Part shown: in pieces, positions 1-11,227 of the stretch
How the letters are laid out: the number at the start of each line of letters is the position of its first letter
Position numbering within the stretch: the first letter of the stretch is position 1
Assembly: GCA_963707985.1 (NCBI GenBank)
Contig: CAVPRW010000048.1
Location: 32,001 to 96,000, forward strand
Direction: 5' to 3'
Length of the DNA stretch: 64,000 nucleotides
Source of the DNA: an uncultured Nitrospinota bacterium
Lineage (GTDB): Bacteria > Tectomicrobia > Entotheonellia > J063 > CAVPRW01
Notes under the pieces: generated by a model
Told to the model about the DNA's origin: nothing
Database searches by the model: none
Seen by the model: only the letters and a program-made list of their open reading frames with translations
Position numbers and translations under genes: made by a program

Positions 1-414
1 GCGGTGGAGGTGGGGATAGCCCGCACACACAGAGGGGCGAACGTCATAGATCGAGCACAGGTTGTCCTTTAGGAACGGGCAGGGAAGCTGTCGGGTGACA
101 TATTTCGCGGACTCCTTGTCCGTTTCGAGGTAGCGGGCGCGCAGCTCCGCAGCCGTCATGCCCAGATAATCGGCGATCCGTTGCACCTCAACGCGACTGA
201 ACAGGGGATGTCGAGTCTTGCAACAGTTGGCGCAGGTGCGGCAATCGATGTGCGCCCAGACCTCCTGGCTGGCCTGCTGGACAATGCCATGTAGCCGGTA
301 ATCGGAGAGATCCAGGTCGGCTTTGACAAAAGCGCGAAAATCAAGATTCTCCTGCTCGTTGGCCTTGGATGTTTGCTCGATGTACGTTAGATCGGTGATC
401 GGGTCGTCAGCCAT
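1..414 (-). CDS. YkgJ-family CxxCxxCC cysteine-cluster (Zn/Fe-chelating) protein, 3' end beyond window
   Basis: Manual translation from ATG at 414: MADDPITDL...IDCRTCANCCK...LPCPFLKDNLCSIYDVRPSVCAGYP; CxxCxxCC and CPFL-C-IY-RP-C motifs. Not in ORF track (runs off the window). Confidence 0.85.
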   Translation of the reverse strand, partial: MADDPITDLTYIEQTSKANEQENLDFRAFVKADLDLSDYRLHGIVQQASQEVWAHIDCRTCANCCKTRHPLFSRVEVQRIADYLGMTAAELRARYLETDKESAKYVTRQLPCPFLKDNLCSIYDVRPSVCAGYPHLHR

Positions 415-724
415 GATGGTGCCTTAGCGAAGCCATCTCGTAGTGCAATGGCGACAGCGTTTCAAGGTTAAGATGCTTCGACGAATCAAGAATTTCGATG
501 CCCACAATCTTATCATCCTCGCCGAGATCTCACACAATATCTTCTGACAGCCTTTTGTCCGTGACCGGTTGTGTTCGTTCATCGAGGCGAGGGTATAGCA
601 TATCGGTCTTGTGATCATCAAGAGTCTGCATTCTGGGACTCCCACCGCCCGTAGAAGACACGATACCCCATGTAGGGACTCTCACCCCAACCTTTGCGAT
701 GGAGAGGAGGAAGATCTGCCAACT

Positions 725-1861
725 CTACCAGCCCAATGCATCGGCGATGCGGCGGCGATGAGAGCGGGCATCGCCGAGCAAATGATAAAGGGTGCGCGAG
801 CGTTGTGTATGTAATGTCAGGCCATATTCTTGGATGACGCCCACGCCAGCATGGACTTCATGGGCGCCGTCACACACCTTGAGATGGGCTTCGCTAGTCA
901 CCGCCTTGGCGAGATGCACGCTGGAGGCCGCAGGCCGCCCGGAATCGAGCTTCCACAGGGCCTCATAGGTGGTCCAGCGCGCGGCGTCCAGGTGATTGAC
1001 CATGCCGATGATGTGGTCCTGCACGCGCTGGAAGCGCCCGATTGGCTGCCCAAACTGGATACGCGTGCGGCTATATGCTACTGCCATCTCGAAGACCGCC
1101 TGACAGGAACCAACCTGGTAGGCGCACAGGATGGGAATCGCCTGTAGCGCGGCCGTTTCTAGGCTGTCCCAACCTCGCCCCTCGGCATCTCCGAGCACCG
1201 CTTCGGCCGGCACTTGGACATTCTCGAAGCGCACCTCATCCACCTGCCCCATCCAGCCGGGCAGTGTGCGCACCGACACACCAGGGGTGCTAGCGTCCAC
1301 GATCAGTAGGGTAATCCCGCGACTCACTGCGGTGCTCGCGGGAGCAGTGCGTACTGCACACAACAGGTGCGTCGCTGCTTGAGCGTCGTAGACAAATAGT
1401 TTGGTACCATTCAACACATAGTGGCCATGCTCCAGGCTGGCATGCATGTGTAGCTTTTCCGGACGCCAACCATAATCGGCTTCGGTGACCGCCACGGATA
1501 AGACCCATTGGCCCCCTGCCACCTGTGGCAATATCGCTTGCTTCTGGGCCTCGGTGCCACCATGCTGTATAGTTAGGGCTCCCAGCACCGCCGATGCGAA
1601 AAAGGGGCCGGGCACGGGACCGCGTCCCAGTTCTTCGAACAACACGGCCGCATCAGTCAGTGCACGTCCCTCTCCGCCGTATGCTTCGGGGATCACCACG
1701 CCCAACCAGCCGAGCTCTGCAACTTTGCGTAAGAGCTCTGGTGTGATCCCGGTGGGAGAACGCTCCAAGGCGAGCAGCGTGTTCTTGTCGTATTCGCGCT
1801 GCACAAAGTCGGCTACACTGGTTTTCAGGAGCTCTTGCGCTTCTGTCAGTCCAAGATCCAT
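725..1861 (-). CDS. Acyl-CoA dehydrogenase (likely the non-catalytic partner of a heteromeric ACAD pair)
   Basis: MDLGLTEAQELL start, LNGTKLFV, RIQFGQPIGRFQRVQ, HEVHAGVG motifs; adjacent to a second ACAD. Confidence 0.9.
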   Translation of the reverse strand: MDLGLTEAQELLKTSVADFVQREYDKNTLLALERSPTGITPELLRKVAELGWLGVVIPEAYGGEGRALTDAAVLFEELGRGPVPGPFFASAVLGALTIQHGGTEAQKQAILPQVAGGQWVLSVAVTEADYGWRPEKLHMHASLEHGHYVLNGTKLFVYDAQAATHLLCAVRTAPASTAVSRGITLLIVDASTPGVSVRTLPGWMGQVDEVRFENVQVPAEAVLGDAEGRGWDSLETAALQAIPILCAYQVGSCQAVFEMAVAYSRTRIQFGQPIGRFQRVQDHIIGMVNHLDAARWTTYEALWKLDSGRPAASSVHLAKAVTSEAHLKVCDGAHEVHAGVGVIQEYGLTLHTQRSRTLYHLLGDARSHRRRIADALGW

Positions 1862-1919
1862 GGATATCGTCCTTGCAAAGATGGGTGTCAAGGGAAAGCG
1901 GTATGATCACGCCCCACTG

Positions 1920-3152
1920 CTACCGCAGTCGTCCCGCCTGTTCCCTCTCCGCACGGCCAATGCCGATGCGCCGGGCCATGATGACTTTTTGAATATCGGT
2001 GGTTCCACCGGGATGCAGACCGACCACTGCCGAGCGCTGATAATGCTCCATCAGCCCGTTCAAAGGACCCCATTGGGCATCATTGGTCATGGCGGCGGGT
2101 CCAACGGCACGCAGAATGATCTCGGCGATTTCCAGGGCCTGGGTCTTGCGCCAATACGACAACTGTGGTCCCTCGTAGGAGCGCGGTTGGTGTGCATGGC
2201 TCAGCCAATAGGTGCGTAGACCAAAGAGTCGGAGAATCTCGCTTTTGATAAAGACCTCGACCATGTCATCCCGGACATCCGGATCCTGGCTCAGCGTTTG
2301 GCCATTGCGCTTGGTGGTGGTGCAGTATTCCAGAAACTCGTCCACCACACGATTACGACGGATGATGCCGCCACCGCCGTGCTCCAACTCCAGATGCGTC
2401 GTGGCCACTCTCCAGCCGTTGTTCTCACCTCCGACCAGGTGAAAGGCCGGCACACGCACGTTGTCAAAAAACACCGTGTGTTTGAGCCCTGGCGAGGCTC
2501 CACCCTCACCGCCCGCGGTCAGCAGTTCCATGGGCGTAACCGTGATACCCGGCAAACCGTAGGGAATCATTAACCAACCCAGATTTTCATGGCGCGGGCG
2601 GTCGGGATCGGTGACCACGATGGTCCACATCATCTCACAGCCATGCAGGCTGCCGATGTAGATCTTCTGGCCATTGACGACATAGTCATCGCCATCACGA
2701 ATGGCACGAGTCTGCACTGAGGCCAGGTCAGACCCGGCGTTGGGTTCGCTGAGGAGCTGCCAGGTACGCCACTCACCCCGGAAAATGGGCGGCAGGAAAT
2801 GTTGTTTCTGATCGTCGGTGCCCCAGACGAAAATGCTGGCCCCTCCCAGACGCCCACCGGAATCATAATAGGGTGGTAAGTGGAGGTTGTAACGGTCCAG
2901 TTCCTCCTCGATGATCATCACGAAATCGATGCTCAGCTCGCCGCCGCCATACTGTTTTGGGTAGGTCGGATAGAGCCAGCCTTTGGCTCCCAATCGTCTC
3001 CCCAGCTCACGCAGCTTGTGATACTGTTCTAATGACAGATCGCCTGGATCGATCGGCTGTTCTAAGCCTTCGGGGATATGGTCCACGAGCCAGGCGCGCA
3101 CCTCGGCGCGAAAGGCTTCCTGCTCTGGGGTATAGGTTACTTCAAAGTCCAT
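1920..3152 (-). CDS. Acyl-CoA dehydrogenase
   Basis: SEPNAGSDLASVQTRA, VNGQKIY, FFDNVRVP, GGTTDIQK motifs. Confidence 0.93.
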   Translation of the reverse strand: MDFEVTYTPEQEAFRAEVRAWLVDHIPEGLEQPIDPGDLSLEQYHKLRELGRRLGAKGWLYPTYPKQYGGGELSIDFVMIIEEELDRYNLHLPPYYDSGGRLGGASIFVWGTDDQKQHFLPPIFRGEWRTWQLLSEPNAGSDLASVQTRAIRDGDDYVVNGQKIYIGSLHGCEMMWTIVVTDPDRPRHENLGWLMIPYGLPGITVTPMELLTAGGEGGASPGLKHTVFFDNVRVPAFHLVGGENNGWRVATTHLELEHGGGGIIRRNRVVDEFLEYCTTTKRNGQTLSQDPDVRDDMVEVFIKSEILRLFGLRTYWLSHAHQPRSYEGPQLSYWRKTQALEIAEIILRAVGPAAMTNDAQWGPLNGLMEHYQRSAVVGLHPGGTTDIQKVIMARRIGIGRAEREQAGRLR

Positions 3153-3442
3153 GGAGATGTTCTCCTTAGTTACTCAACCCTTCCGTCATCGTGGCAGTCC
3201 TCCAAATGCTCAGCCTTGCGACATGAGGGATGCACGATTTTTCTGATAGTCACCTGCTCGGTTGGCCGAGTATAACCGAACGTGTGACCCAGGTCTACTC
3301 TGTTGGGGAAACCTCGGTCGACGGGGAAAAGTAAAACATAGGGATGTGATATGCGGTGAGGTTGTGCTGCTAGAGGTATCGGGGACAACCATTCCTGTTG
3401 TCAGTCGGCAGGAAGACGTGACAGAGTCACCTCTCCCCACAA

Positions 3443-3475
3443 CGAGCTTCTCCCCGACAAGAGGGGAGAAGCTCG
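3443..3475 (-). terminator. Perfect 13-bp hairpin downstream of the 3504..4295 gene
   Basis: CGAGCTTCTCCCC-GACAAGA-GGGGAGAAGCTCG; U-tract is weak. Confidence 0.5.
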
Positions 3476-3503
3476 AGGCCGATCACGCCATCAATTTGTC
3501 ACC

Positions 3504-4295
3504 CTACTTGGCGTGCGCCGCCCGCATCGCCATCGCCTTGGGCTCGATCTCTTTCGCCAACTTGGTGGCGACGAGCTCGCGGTCCAGGGCGGCCGCGATG
3601 GTCGGATAGCCGGCGCGTTCGATCATGCTCGGCAGTTTGCCGGATTTGAACTGATTCATCGTCCACTCTAACGTATCGGGAACGACGGTGGTATCCCAGT
3701 AGATCCGGACGTCTTGGTTGCGCGGTCCGTAATGGTAGTGCGGGCCGCCCTCAAAACAGTCGAAGGCCAACAACTCGATCTCATTGCCGGCCACATCACT
3801 GAGCACGTGGATCGCCATGCCACGGTCACCAGTCAACTCACGGAACTCCAACCCGAAGCGGATATTCCCCGCTTCCACAACCACGTCGCCGCGGTTATGA
3901 GTGACCGTGCGTCGCTGCTTCAGCGCCATATAGCGTGCGGCTTCCTCGACCTGGTCGAGCTTGCTCAACACCAGCGGGCAATCGAGTTTACTAGCAATAT
4001 CTTCGAATCCCGCTTTCTTCAGCATCTCTGGCAAGCGAGTGCGCAGTTGTGTCAGCGTCCAGCCTACCGCATTCCCTGCGGTGGTTTTGTCCATATCGTA
4101 GTGTAAATTCTTATCCTCTGGATCATAGTGGTAGTGCGGGCGCTGGTCGAAGCAGTCGAAGCGCAACAGCTCTTTCTCTTCGTCCCCAACACAGGACGCG
4201 ACCTGAAGGCTGACGCCCTGGTCTGGCATCAAGGCCCGATACTGCAAAGCAAACGTGATATTTCCGGCTTCGATTTTGGTATTACCGAGCTTCAT
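3504..4295 (-). CDS. Conserved hypothetical protein made of two tandem homologous domains
   Basis: Repeats EAGNITF...ELLRFDCFDQRPHYHY...KAGFEDIA and EAGNIRF...ELLAFDCFEGGPHYHY...RAGYPTIA; RBS AGGAGG before ATG 4295. Confidence 0.8.
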   Translation of the reverse strand: MKLGNTKIEAGNITFALQYRALMPDQGVSLQVASCVGDEEKELLRFDCFDQRPHYHYDPEDKNLHYDMDKTTAGNAVGWTLTQLRTRLPEMLKKAGFEDIASKLDCPLVLSKLDQVEEAARYMALKQRRTVTHNRGDVVVEAGNIRFGLEFRELTGDRGMAIHVLSDVAGNEIELLAFDCFEGGPHYHYGPRNQDVRIYWDTTVVPDTLEWTMNQFKSGKLPSMIERAGYPTIAAALDRELVATKLAKEIEPKAMAMRAAHAK

Positions 4296-4643
4296 CGCCT
4301 GTTTCCTCCTGGAACATGTCATCCGCTGGATCGAGTGAGGGATGTATCTTAACCGAACTGCCTCATTGTAGCACTTTCGACGTTGTGTGTGATAGGGAAA
4401 TCGGTGGTGTGTCGTCGTACCAGGAATAGGAAGGCTTTAGCCGCATCTCTCATGTTTCGTCGTGGCACGACATATCGCTCTTTCTTGCCTGGGTTGATAT
4501 CAAGCGAGTTGTCAAACTTGGCAGCTAGACCATACCCTTTATTTAGTGACCGCTAATTTATTCCCTTCAAGAGAGAGTTGTGAGGTCGATTGCATCGGCG
4601 TATGCTGGGGTGCCTTTACCCCACCTCGTGAGGAGAGACGACG

Positions 4644-6226
4644 ATGCCGCTCTGACGCTCCCTCCAGCATTGGCTGACGGGCCGCGGACCGCGCCTGCAG
4701 GTGGCCGACTTCGTCCCCGAAACGCATCCGATTCGCCAATGGTCCGAGACGTGTCCGTGGGCGACCATGGTTGCCGCCGTGGACCGCTCGTTCGCCCAAC
4801 GTTTTCCGAAACCCACGACGCGGGGCCGTCCGCCCGTCTCGACGCGGGTGTTGTTGGCCTTGGAGTTCTTGAAACATGAGCTGACCTGTGCCGACGAACA
4901 GATTCTGTCGTCGGTTGCGGACGGACTTGGCGGTGATGGACTGCCTGCGGGATTACCGATGTCCAGGTGGACCGAGCCCAGGAGCATTTTGTGCTGCCAG
5001 AAGTGCTCGCCCACGTTCGGAGCCGTCTGGAGGCCCCACTGATGGAGGAACTCCTAGCCATCCAGGCGGCGACGGCGATGGAGGAGGGGTTGGTGAGCCC
5101 TGCGCACCTGGTGGTCGATACCTTTCCCAGTGAGCAGGGCAGCCAACGCGTCAATGACGCCGCCACGCGGTCTAAGGCCCCCAAAAAAGTCCTCCAGGTC
5201 ATCACGACCATCACCGCCGAGTGCGCCACCCAGGGGACGGCGTTGCAGGCCCAAGTAGCGCAACTCCAGCACGACCTCACCCAGCGGATGCACCGCTTCG
5301 GGCGCCAATGCCGAGGGATGGGGAACGTGTGTGTAACACTGGGGCGCCAGACGGAAACACACTTGTTGGAGCTGGGACAGCCGGTCCTGACGCTGGCGAA
5401 GGCCGCCCAGGCGTGCCTGCACGGCACGCCCCAACTGGCGGAGGACCAGCGGGTGCGTCTGGACACCCAGCTCACCGCCGCGCTCAAGGCCCACCACCGG
5501 ATCGCACACCAATCGCGACGGCTGACGCAGACTAAAGCGTTGTCCCACGGCAAGATCGTCAACGCGTATGATCCCACCATGGCCCCGATCTGCAAAGGGA
5601 AGAGCAACTGCCCCGCCCCGTTCGCCGCAAGCCCGGCATGATCGCCGAGCCGACGGCAGGCTTCATTTTTGCCCTGCATCTCCCCGTGGGGAATCCGAGC
5701 GATGCGAGTTATGTGGAGCCCCTGGTCGACAACGTGGAGGCGGCGATTGGCCGGGTCAGAACGCGCCCCACTCTGGCCATCCACTCCCTGGCTGGCGATT
5801 TGGCGCTCAATGACGCCACTTTGCGTGAAGTGTTGCACGAGCGGGGAATTCTGACCGTGGGGATTCCGAAAACCATCGATCCCCTGCCCCCGTCGCCCAC
5901 ACCGGAGGATGTCCTGCGGAGCCTGGACGAGGCGGACTTGCACGGCATCCGCACCCCGACCCAGGTGCACCTCGCCTACGCGTGTGGCTACAGCCGACCC
6001 GTGGTCGAAAGTATCATGGCCAGTCTGCTGTGTCGGGGAGCCGCACACCTTACCGACACAGGCCATCGGGGTGCGATCATACAAACGGGCATGGCGGTCA
6101 TGGCCCACAATGCGGCCGCGTTGGTGCGCATCCATGAATATCGTCTCTCGAAGCGGGCACGCCTGTTCCGCCGACGGCTGCGGTTGAGATGCCGTCAAGT
6201 CAATCAATATAATGCCTCAATAAATT
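4644..6226 (+). pseudogene. Transposase pseudogene (early TGA, frameshifts)
   Basis: ATG CCG CTC TGA; fragments RGRPPVSTRVLLAL, HLVVDTFPSEQG, GKSNCPAPF, RPVVESIM. Confidence 0.75.
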
Positions 6227-7688
6227 CAATACCTTCGCCAATTAGGCGGCGTTGCCTGCCTGGTTAACGCGCCCCAGTGCAGCCATGTGGGCCATGGCCT
6301 GCTCAATAAAAAGCGGCTCTGGCCTTTCCGGAAGCAATTTTACGGTTTCCAGCACATATTTCCGGCTACGGAACCACGCCTTCAGATCATTCACACTCAC
6401 CTCCGGCCACTGCGTGCGCATCGGACGCATCCAGGCGTGGGAGACATTGACCATGAACATGGCGAGATTCGCACTGTTGTCCACAGGCCTCTCGTTGACC
6501 GTCATGAAATCTTCCAAGCCCCCATATGGTTTGGCATCCCGAACGTTGCACTCCAGTTGGAAACGAAGACGATCATAGTCCAGCACTTGATCCCAGGGAA
6601 GGGCCAAGTCACTCCTGCATACGATTACCTGAGCAACAGCTTGTGTTTTCAGATTCGTTTTGACAATCACGACAATATTTAACAAATCAGCAAATTTCTT
6701 GTGCCCTAACTGTCATTTGGTAGATTTGTGTCTGGATATCTTTCTCAACAAAAGATATGTTTATAGACTCATCCGGGATATGTCGACCATCGAGCTTCTT
6801 CCCATATTGCTTACGCCGGCCACGTCCTGTCTACAGGCCATCATCGGGGACATACAGGGCCGCATGAGGACGCAGTTTGGAAATCCAATGTCATCCAAGT
6901 TGTCGGACCATTTGCACGGCCTCGTGATCGCCAAAGGCCCCATCAAAAACAACGTAGTGCACCTTGACGTGTGCGCCAAGCACCTGTAGTATCCGCCTGA
7001 TGCGCTCTTGGACGAAACAGAGATAGGGGCTTCACGTCACCTCGCGCCGAGGCTGATTTTTACTCCCTTGCGGGCGCCCCCGTTGGCTTGCGGACTTTTC
7101 GGGGCACACCTCGGCAGGCGCGCGGCGAGGTTCTGGGCCCTGTTGTGCCATCAGCGCTGGGTCGGAGGTGCGACGTTTGACACGCATGCGGGATCTGACT
7201 CAGAACACACCGGCCTGGCACGGCTTTGCCATCCAAGGAAGACAAGAACCGCTCCAAGCCCTGCGTCTTCTTGCCCGCTTTCGTCACCACGACGGCATCG
7301 CCTCCCAGCACGATCACCTCGTCGGGATCTCAGAGATGGTGTCGCATCAGCACCCATGGCCCCGTGCCCCAGCTCAGGCTGGTCGCGAACAACCGTTGGA
7401 TCGTCCGAGAGCTCCCTCCTGGGCCTGCCCAACGCCCTATCCCCCGCATCGTCACGCGGCCGCTCATCGCGAGCATCGCCTCCCTGACCCGGGCGAGTTG
7501 ACGCATCGTGGTGCGATCCAGACACTGGCCTCAACACGCGACAAGGACCATCATATCCGACATGGGCGATGGCTCCTTGTGTAGCGTTGGGTGGGGGATG
7601 CCCTATTCTACACAGGGCTCAGTCGCCCTGCCTCATTTCTATGCGTTTGTCAGCTGTCCTGATCTATCCCCTTTTGGCGAAGGTATTG
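6227..7688 (-). mobile_element. IS4/IS701-like element with decayed transposase (about 7563..6242)
   Basis: Perfect 15-bp TIR CAATACCTTCGCCAA / TTGGCGAAGGTATTG; 6-bp TSD TAAATT at 6221-6226 and 7689-7694; YDRLRFQLECNVRDAK resembles Y..R.QIE.NFRDAK. Confidence 0.9.
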
Positions 7689-7914
7689 TAAATTAGTGAC
7701 CACTAATTAGAGAACTGAACACTTATTTCAATCTTGGTATTAATGTTGATGATCCTGCTGATTTCCCCCCTTGATATTCTGAGAGTAATATATTCTCTTT
7801 TTGAAGGATGTAAAAGTTATGTACGAGGTAAACTTACGTCTCCTTAAAAGCAAAATCCACATGCACATAACGCGAAGCGTTTGGTGCTAACCTAGCGGTA
7901 TTCCTATGATCTTG

Positions 7915-8496
7915 TCAGGAAGAATGTAACTCCTTGGAGAGCCATTGGCGAAGACGCCTATCAATACGGTGCTCGAACTTCTTACCAGTCGTAGTTTCTA
8001 CTCCAACCTTCATCCATCGCAGCCATAGTTTCCTCAATATGCCGCGAGAGACTCGCGGATAACATCCTATAAGTCTTTGAATCAGAATTTGATTGAAACT
8101 ATACACAGGACCCTCAGCATATGGAGAGTTTCCTTTGCGTCCAATGACGGCTATATCATATTGCGCTTGTTCTCCATCATGAAGTTCAATTTCTAAGCCC
8201 GAAGAACCGCGAAGTGGATCAGCCACAGAGAGATAAAATAATCCCCTCTTGAAAATACCTACCTTCCAATACACAGTAGTTGTACGGGCTGTTCTTCGTT
8301 GAATATTCGTTACAGTTATTCGGACAACATCGCCATCGTATCTAGTTGCAAGGTCGACTCTCGGTATGAGGATAATGCTCCGATCCTGATTAGCTATGTG
8401 TAGCGCAATCCATACGGCGAGGAATGTGCCAAGAGCGGCGAGTGATTGCACGATGGTGTTAACAAGCTCTGGCCAGGTCCATGCCGCAAAGGGCAT
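7915..8496 (-). CDS. Hypothetical protein with N-terminal membrane anchor (low GC)
   Basis: 193-aa ORF; hydrophobic helix LAALGTFLAVWIAL. Confidence 0.65.
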   Translation of the reverse strand: MPFAAWTWPELVNTIVQSLAALGTFLAVWIALHIANQDRSIILIPRVDLATRYDGDVVRITVTNIQRRTARTTTVYWKVGIFKRGLFYLSVADPLRGSSGLEIELHDGEQAQYDIAVIGRKGNSPYAEGPVYSFNQILIQRLIGCYPRVSRGILRKLWLRWMKVGVETTTGKKFEHRIDRRLRQWLSKELHSS

Positions 8497-8525
8497 ACTC
8501 TCTTTTCCTTAGGGATGAATAGTCC

Positions 8526-8819
8526 TCACGTACTCTTACCGAACAGGTAGCTGAGGACAAGCGTAATGACAGGTAGTACAAGCTTTGGGTATTCAACGGC
8601 TTCCATACGTGTTTGGAAGAAAAGCACTATCATAATTGAGAGGAAAAAAAGAAACAGAATAAAACCTGCGATGTTCGTAGGGGCATTTGTTGATGACCCA
8701 AAAACTTTACCGAGCCAGCCAGCCTCAAGGCTCATGCGTGTGTGTTCAATGTCATAGTACCGTCCAGGGACATTCTCTGCAAGTCGATATCTACCTTGCT
8801 CCTCTCCAGCCTCGGCCAT
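8526..8819 (-). CDS. Small two-TM membrane protein
   Basis: MAEAGEEQ...GWLGKVFGSSTNAPTNIAGF + two hydrophobic helices; RBS GAGG. Confidence 0.6.
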   Translation of the reverse strand: MAEAGEEQGRYRLAENVPGRYYDIEHTRMSLEAGWLGKVFGSSTNAPTNIAGFILFLFFLSIMIVLFFQTRMEAVEYPKLVLPVITLVLSYLFGKST

Positions 8820-8823
8820 TCGG

Positions 8824-9069
8824 TTACCTCTTGAGATCAAGCAGGCGAGCGGCGTGCTGTGCGATGTACCCACAGTTTGTGCAGGATACGAGAATGACTG
8901 GCAATCGAGAATGTAGAGGTCTAAAGGTTGGCCACGGTGCATCTCGATCTAGCTCGACATTCGCCTCACCGATAATCTCGAACTCTGGATTCCGGCATCG
9001 CGGGCAGGCCTGTGTAGCACTTTTTTCTTGTAACGCTTTGATGATTTCTTCTTGCCTAGCCTTATCCAT
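8824..9069 (-). CDS. Small zinc-ribbon protein
   Basis: CPRC...CTNCG; RBS AAGGAG; 4 bp upstream of the next gene's start. Confidence 0.7.
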   Translation of the reverse strand: MDKARQEEIIKALQEKSATQACPRCRNPEFEIIGEANVELDRDAPWPTFRPLHSRLPVILVSCTNCGYIAQHAARLLDLKR

Positions 9070-9255
9070 TTCCGACTCCTTCGTAGTAGAGGGCATCCGC
9101 CGAAGCCTCGTATCTCCTGCCCTAGTATCCCCGAAAGTGAACGCTGAGAGTGTTCTTCTCATACGCACTCATGCCCGCAAAAAATCTGGCGATATAGAAA
9201 TTAGGACAAAATGGTATAATTTGATATTAAATGGTTGAGAGAGTGACAGAAGTCT

Positions 9256-9501
9256 ATGAGACTCTATGATGTGTATCGGTACGACGCTTCCGTGGCTCGG
9301 GTACGTATGTTAGAGAATGGCAAAATCGAATGGGCCTATCATCAAGAATACGGGCATGGGCAGGGGTTCTGGTGGAGCAACGATATGAAAAATATGATGG
9401 AAGAATTCATCAAACGCTATCCGGATTTTGAGGAACTGGTAGTGGGAGAATTTACGCTTCGACAATGCGAAGATAAACCACAAGAAGCAGTTCTCCCTTA
9501 A
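9256..9501 (+). CDS. Hypothetical protein
   Basis: 81-aa ORF with protein-like composition; TATAAT about 40 bp upstream. Confidence 0.5.
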   Translation: MRLYDVYRYDASVARVRMLENGKIEWAYHQEYGHGQGFWWSNDMKNMMEEFIKRYPDFEELVVGEFTLRQCEDKPQEAVLP

Positions 9502-9504
9502 AAG

Positions 9505-9575
9505 GCACCTGCGTTGCCGTCCCGACCGGCGAAGCGAAGCGGAAGGGAGGAGCGGCAGCCACTGCGGAGTGGGCG
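9505..9575. repeat. Possible degenerate attC-like site
   Basis: CCTGCGTTGCCG...GCGAAGCGAAGCGGAAG...CGGCAGCCACTGCGGAGTGGGCG resembles attC arms and loop; R boxes eroded. Confidence 0.3.
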
Positions 9576-10245
9576 ACAGCGGGTACTCCAGCCATGAGAC
9601 AGACAGGCTATTTGCAATAATTGTGGTAGCCAAGTTCCAACGTCGCTTTCCCAGTCAAGATGCCTTTAGGATCGTAATTCTCTTGCGTGAGGGGCATCTG
9701 ATTATCGATACGGACGCAGTCCTTTCCCCATTGCGTGAGGGAGAGCTGGGCCTGGCTGATTCTGTCGATAATCATCCCAACAAATGGCCATGAGGAGGAT
9801 TGTTTGGTTCGCGTCTTCCAGGCGTACCCCCTAAGCGGAAACCCCATCCATACTACAGCCTGAAAGGTTCGCTTTTTTAAGATTAGTCTCAATCAATAGA
9901 GCTGCCTGCAGTGCGACTTTGGCGAGGCGTGCCTCGTGGAGGTTCGCTAAGGTGAGGTCTGCCTCGCGGCCCGTCTGTCAAAGCTCTCCCTAGCACTGAT
10001 CGGCTTGCGGTGGTTGCTGTCGGATCTCGGGTTGATGCACCTCTTCCCCGCACTCGGGGCAAACGGGCAGTGTCCACAACACACCGCCGCAGCCTTTGCC
10101 TGACCATTCACGAAGCGCTGGTGTCTCCCCTTGCCAGCTGCAATGATCACAATGGTACATACCCTCCTCCAATCTGCAGTTTGCGGGCATTTGTCAAATG
10201 TCCGTGGCGGTGACAGGTGACAGCTACAATCCAGGGTCCCATGAC

Positions 10246-11105
10246 TTATACCGATTCTTCGTCGTCTGGATAATCTTGCACGTGTCTAATACGTAATTCT
10301 TCCGCCTTCTTTGCGAGTAATTCCCCGTGCTTCTTGAGAGCTGGCAGAATCACCGCATTTCCCAATTTCCGTACGAGGGTTGATGCCGAATCGTACGCTA
10401 AAAGATCCAGTACCCAGTCGGGATGCTTATTCTTCAAGTCAATGAACATGGAGAAGGGTTGTTCCCCCTCTTGGATAATAGGGACGAACGGAACCATATA
10501 ATTGGGGACGATTGCCTGTAACTCCAGCGGGCTAGACTTCGGGTTGGTGATATCGGCAATAATGAAGAGGGACATGCCTGCCAGTGTCATAATCGTTTCA
10601 GTAAAATCTCGGGCTGTAGGTCGTTCGAAGTCGAACACAATAGGTAGGTAGTCACGCTGACGTAATGCGTCACGAATAGCATTGAGGACAGCCTTTCGCT
10701 CTTCAGTAAAGCGGCCGAGGATCAGCACCGCTTTGGAGGTGATCGTGTTAATGATCCCCGAATCTTTTCGTTATGGAGCAGCAAATAGATGAACTGCGCC
10801 ACCTCCAGATTATCCACGGTAATCTCGGGCTCATCAAACGGCGTGATGACGACATCTAACTGCTGCGTCCCTGTGAGGCGAACGTTCCACACCGATGTCC
10901 CATAAACCTTACACCTTATGAGATTTGCCCCCTCGAAGTTTGTTTCCACCAATCTAGCTCTATAAAGGGTCGCCTCGGAGAGGTCTGCCCCAGCGAGGTT
11001 CGCTTCGGTGAGCTGCGCCCCGCGGAGATTTGCCCTAAAGAGCTGTGCTGTTATGAGGTTCGCCCTGGCGAGGTTCGCCGCAGAGAGATCTGCCTCTGTT
11101 AGGTG
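10246..11105 (-). pseudogene. Pentapeptide-repeat protein, 5' truncated by MITE, one frameshift near 10755
   Basis: ANL/ADL pentapeptide repeats at 10930-11105 and the typical C-terminus [16 protein letters not shown] / [34 protein letters not shown]. Confidence 0.85.
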
Positions 11106-11215
11106 GGTCCTGTCGCAAATTTCGATTTCTGGGGCAAAATCCGAAAATCGAGTATCCGCAATTCAACGACTTACAGACCCCAAAACTCTCGAAAAAGCAA
11201 ATTTGCGACAGAACC
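11106..11215 (+). mobile_element. 110-bp MITE with IS6-type ends, copy 1 (7 differences from copy 2)
   Basis: GGTCCTGTCGCAAAT...ATTTGCGACAGAACC; no TSD. Confidence 0.9.
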
Positions 11216-11227
11216 AGCCTGCGTCAT

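Larger units (their letters stand above)
4543..7706 (+). mobile_element. Degenerate IS (DDE transposase, IS5/IS1182-like) whose right TIR is interrupted by a second IS
   Basis: Left end TTAGTGACCGCTAATTTATT; right end reconstituted as AATAAATTAGTGACCACTAA (17/20 inverted match); transposase remnants 4644..6226. Confidence 0.75.

Noticed and set aside
4567..6207. Long antisense ORFs (546 aa here; also 31429..32631, 14823..15734, 27217..28062)
   Set aside because: They are shadow frames of GC-rich genes on the opposite strand and have no recognisable motifs.
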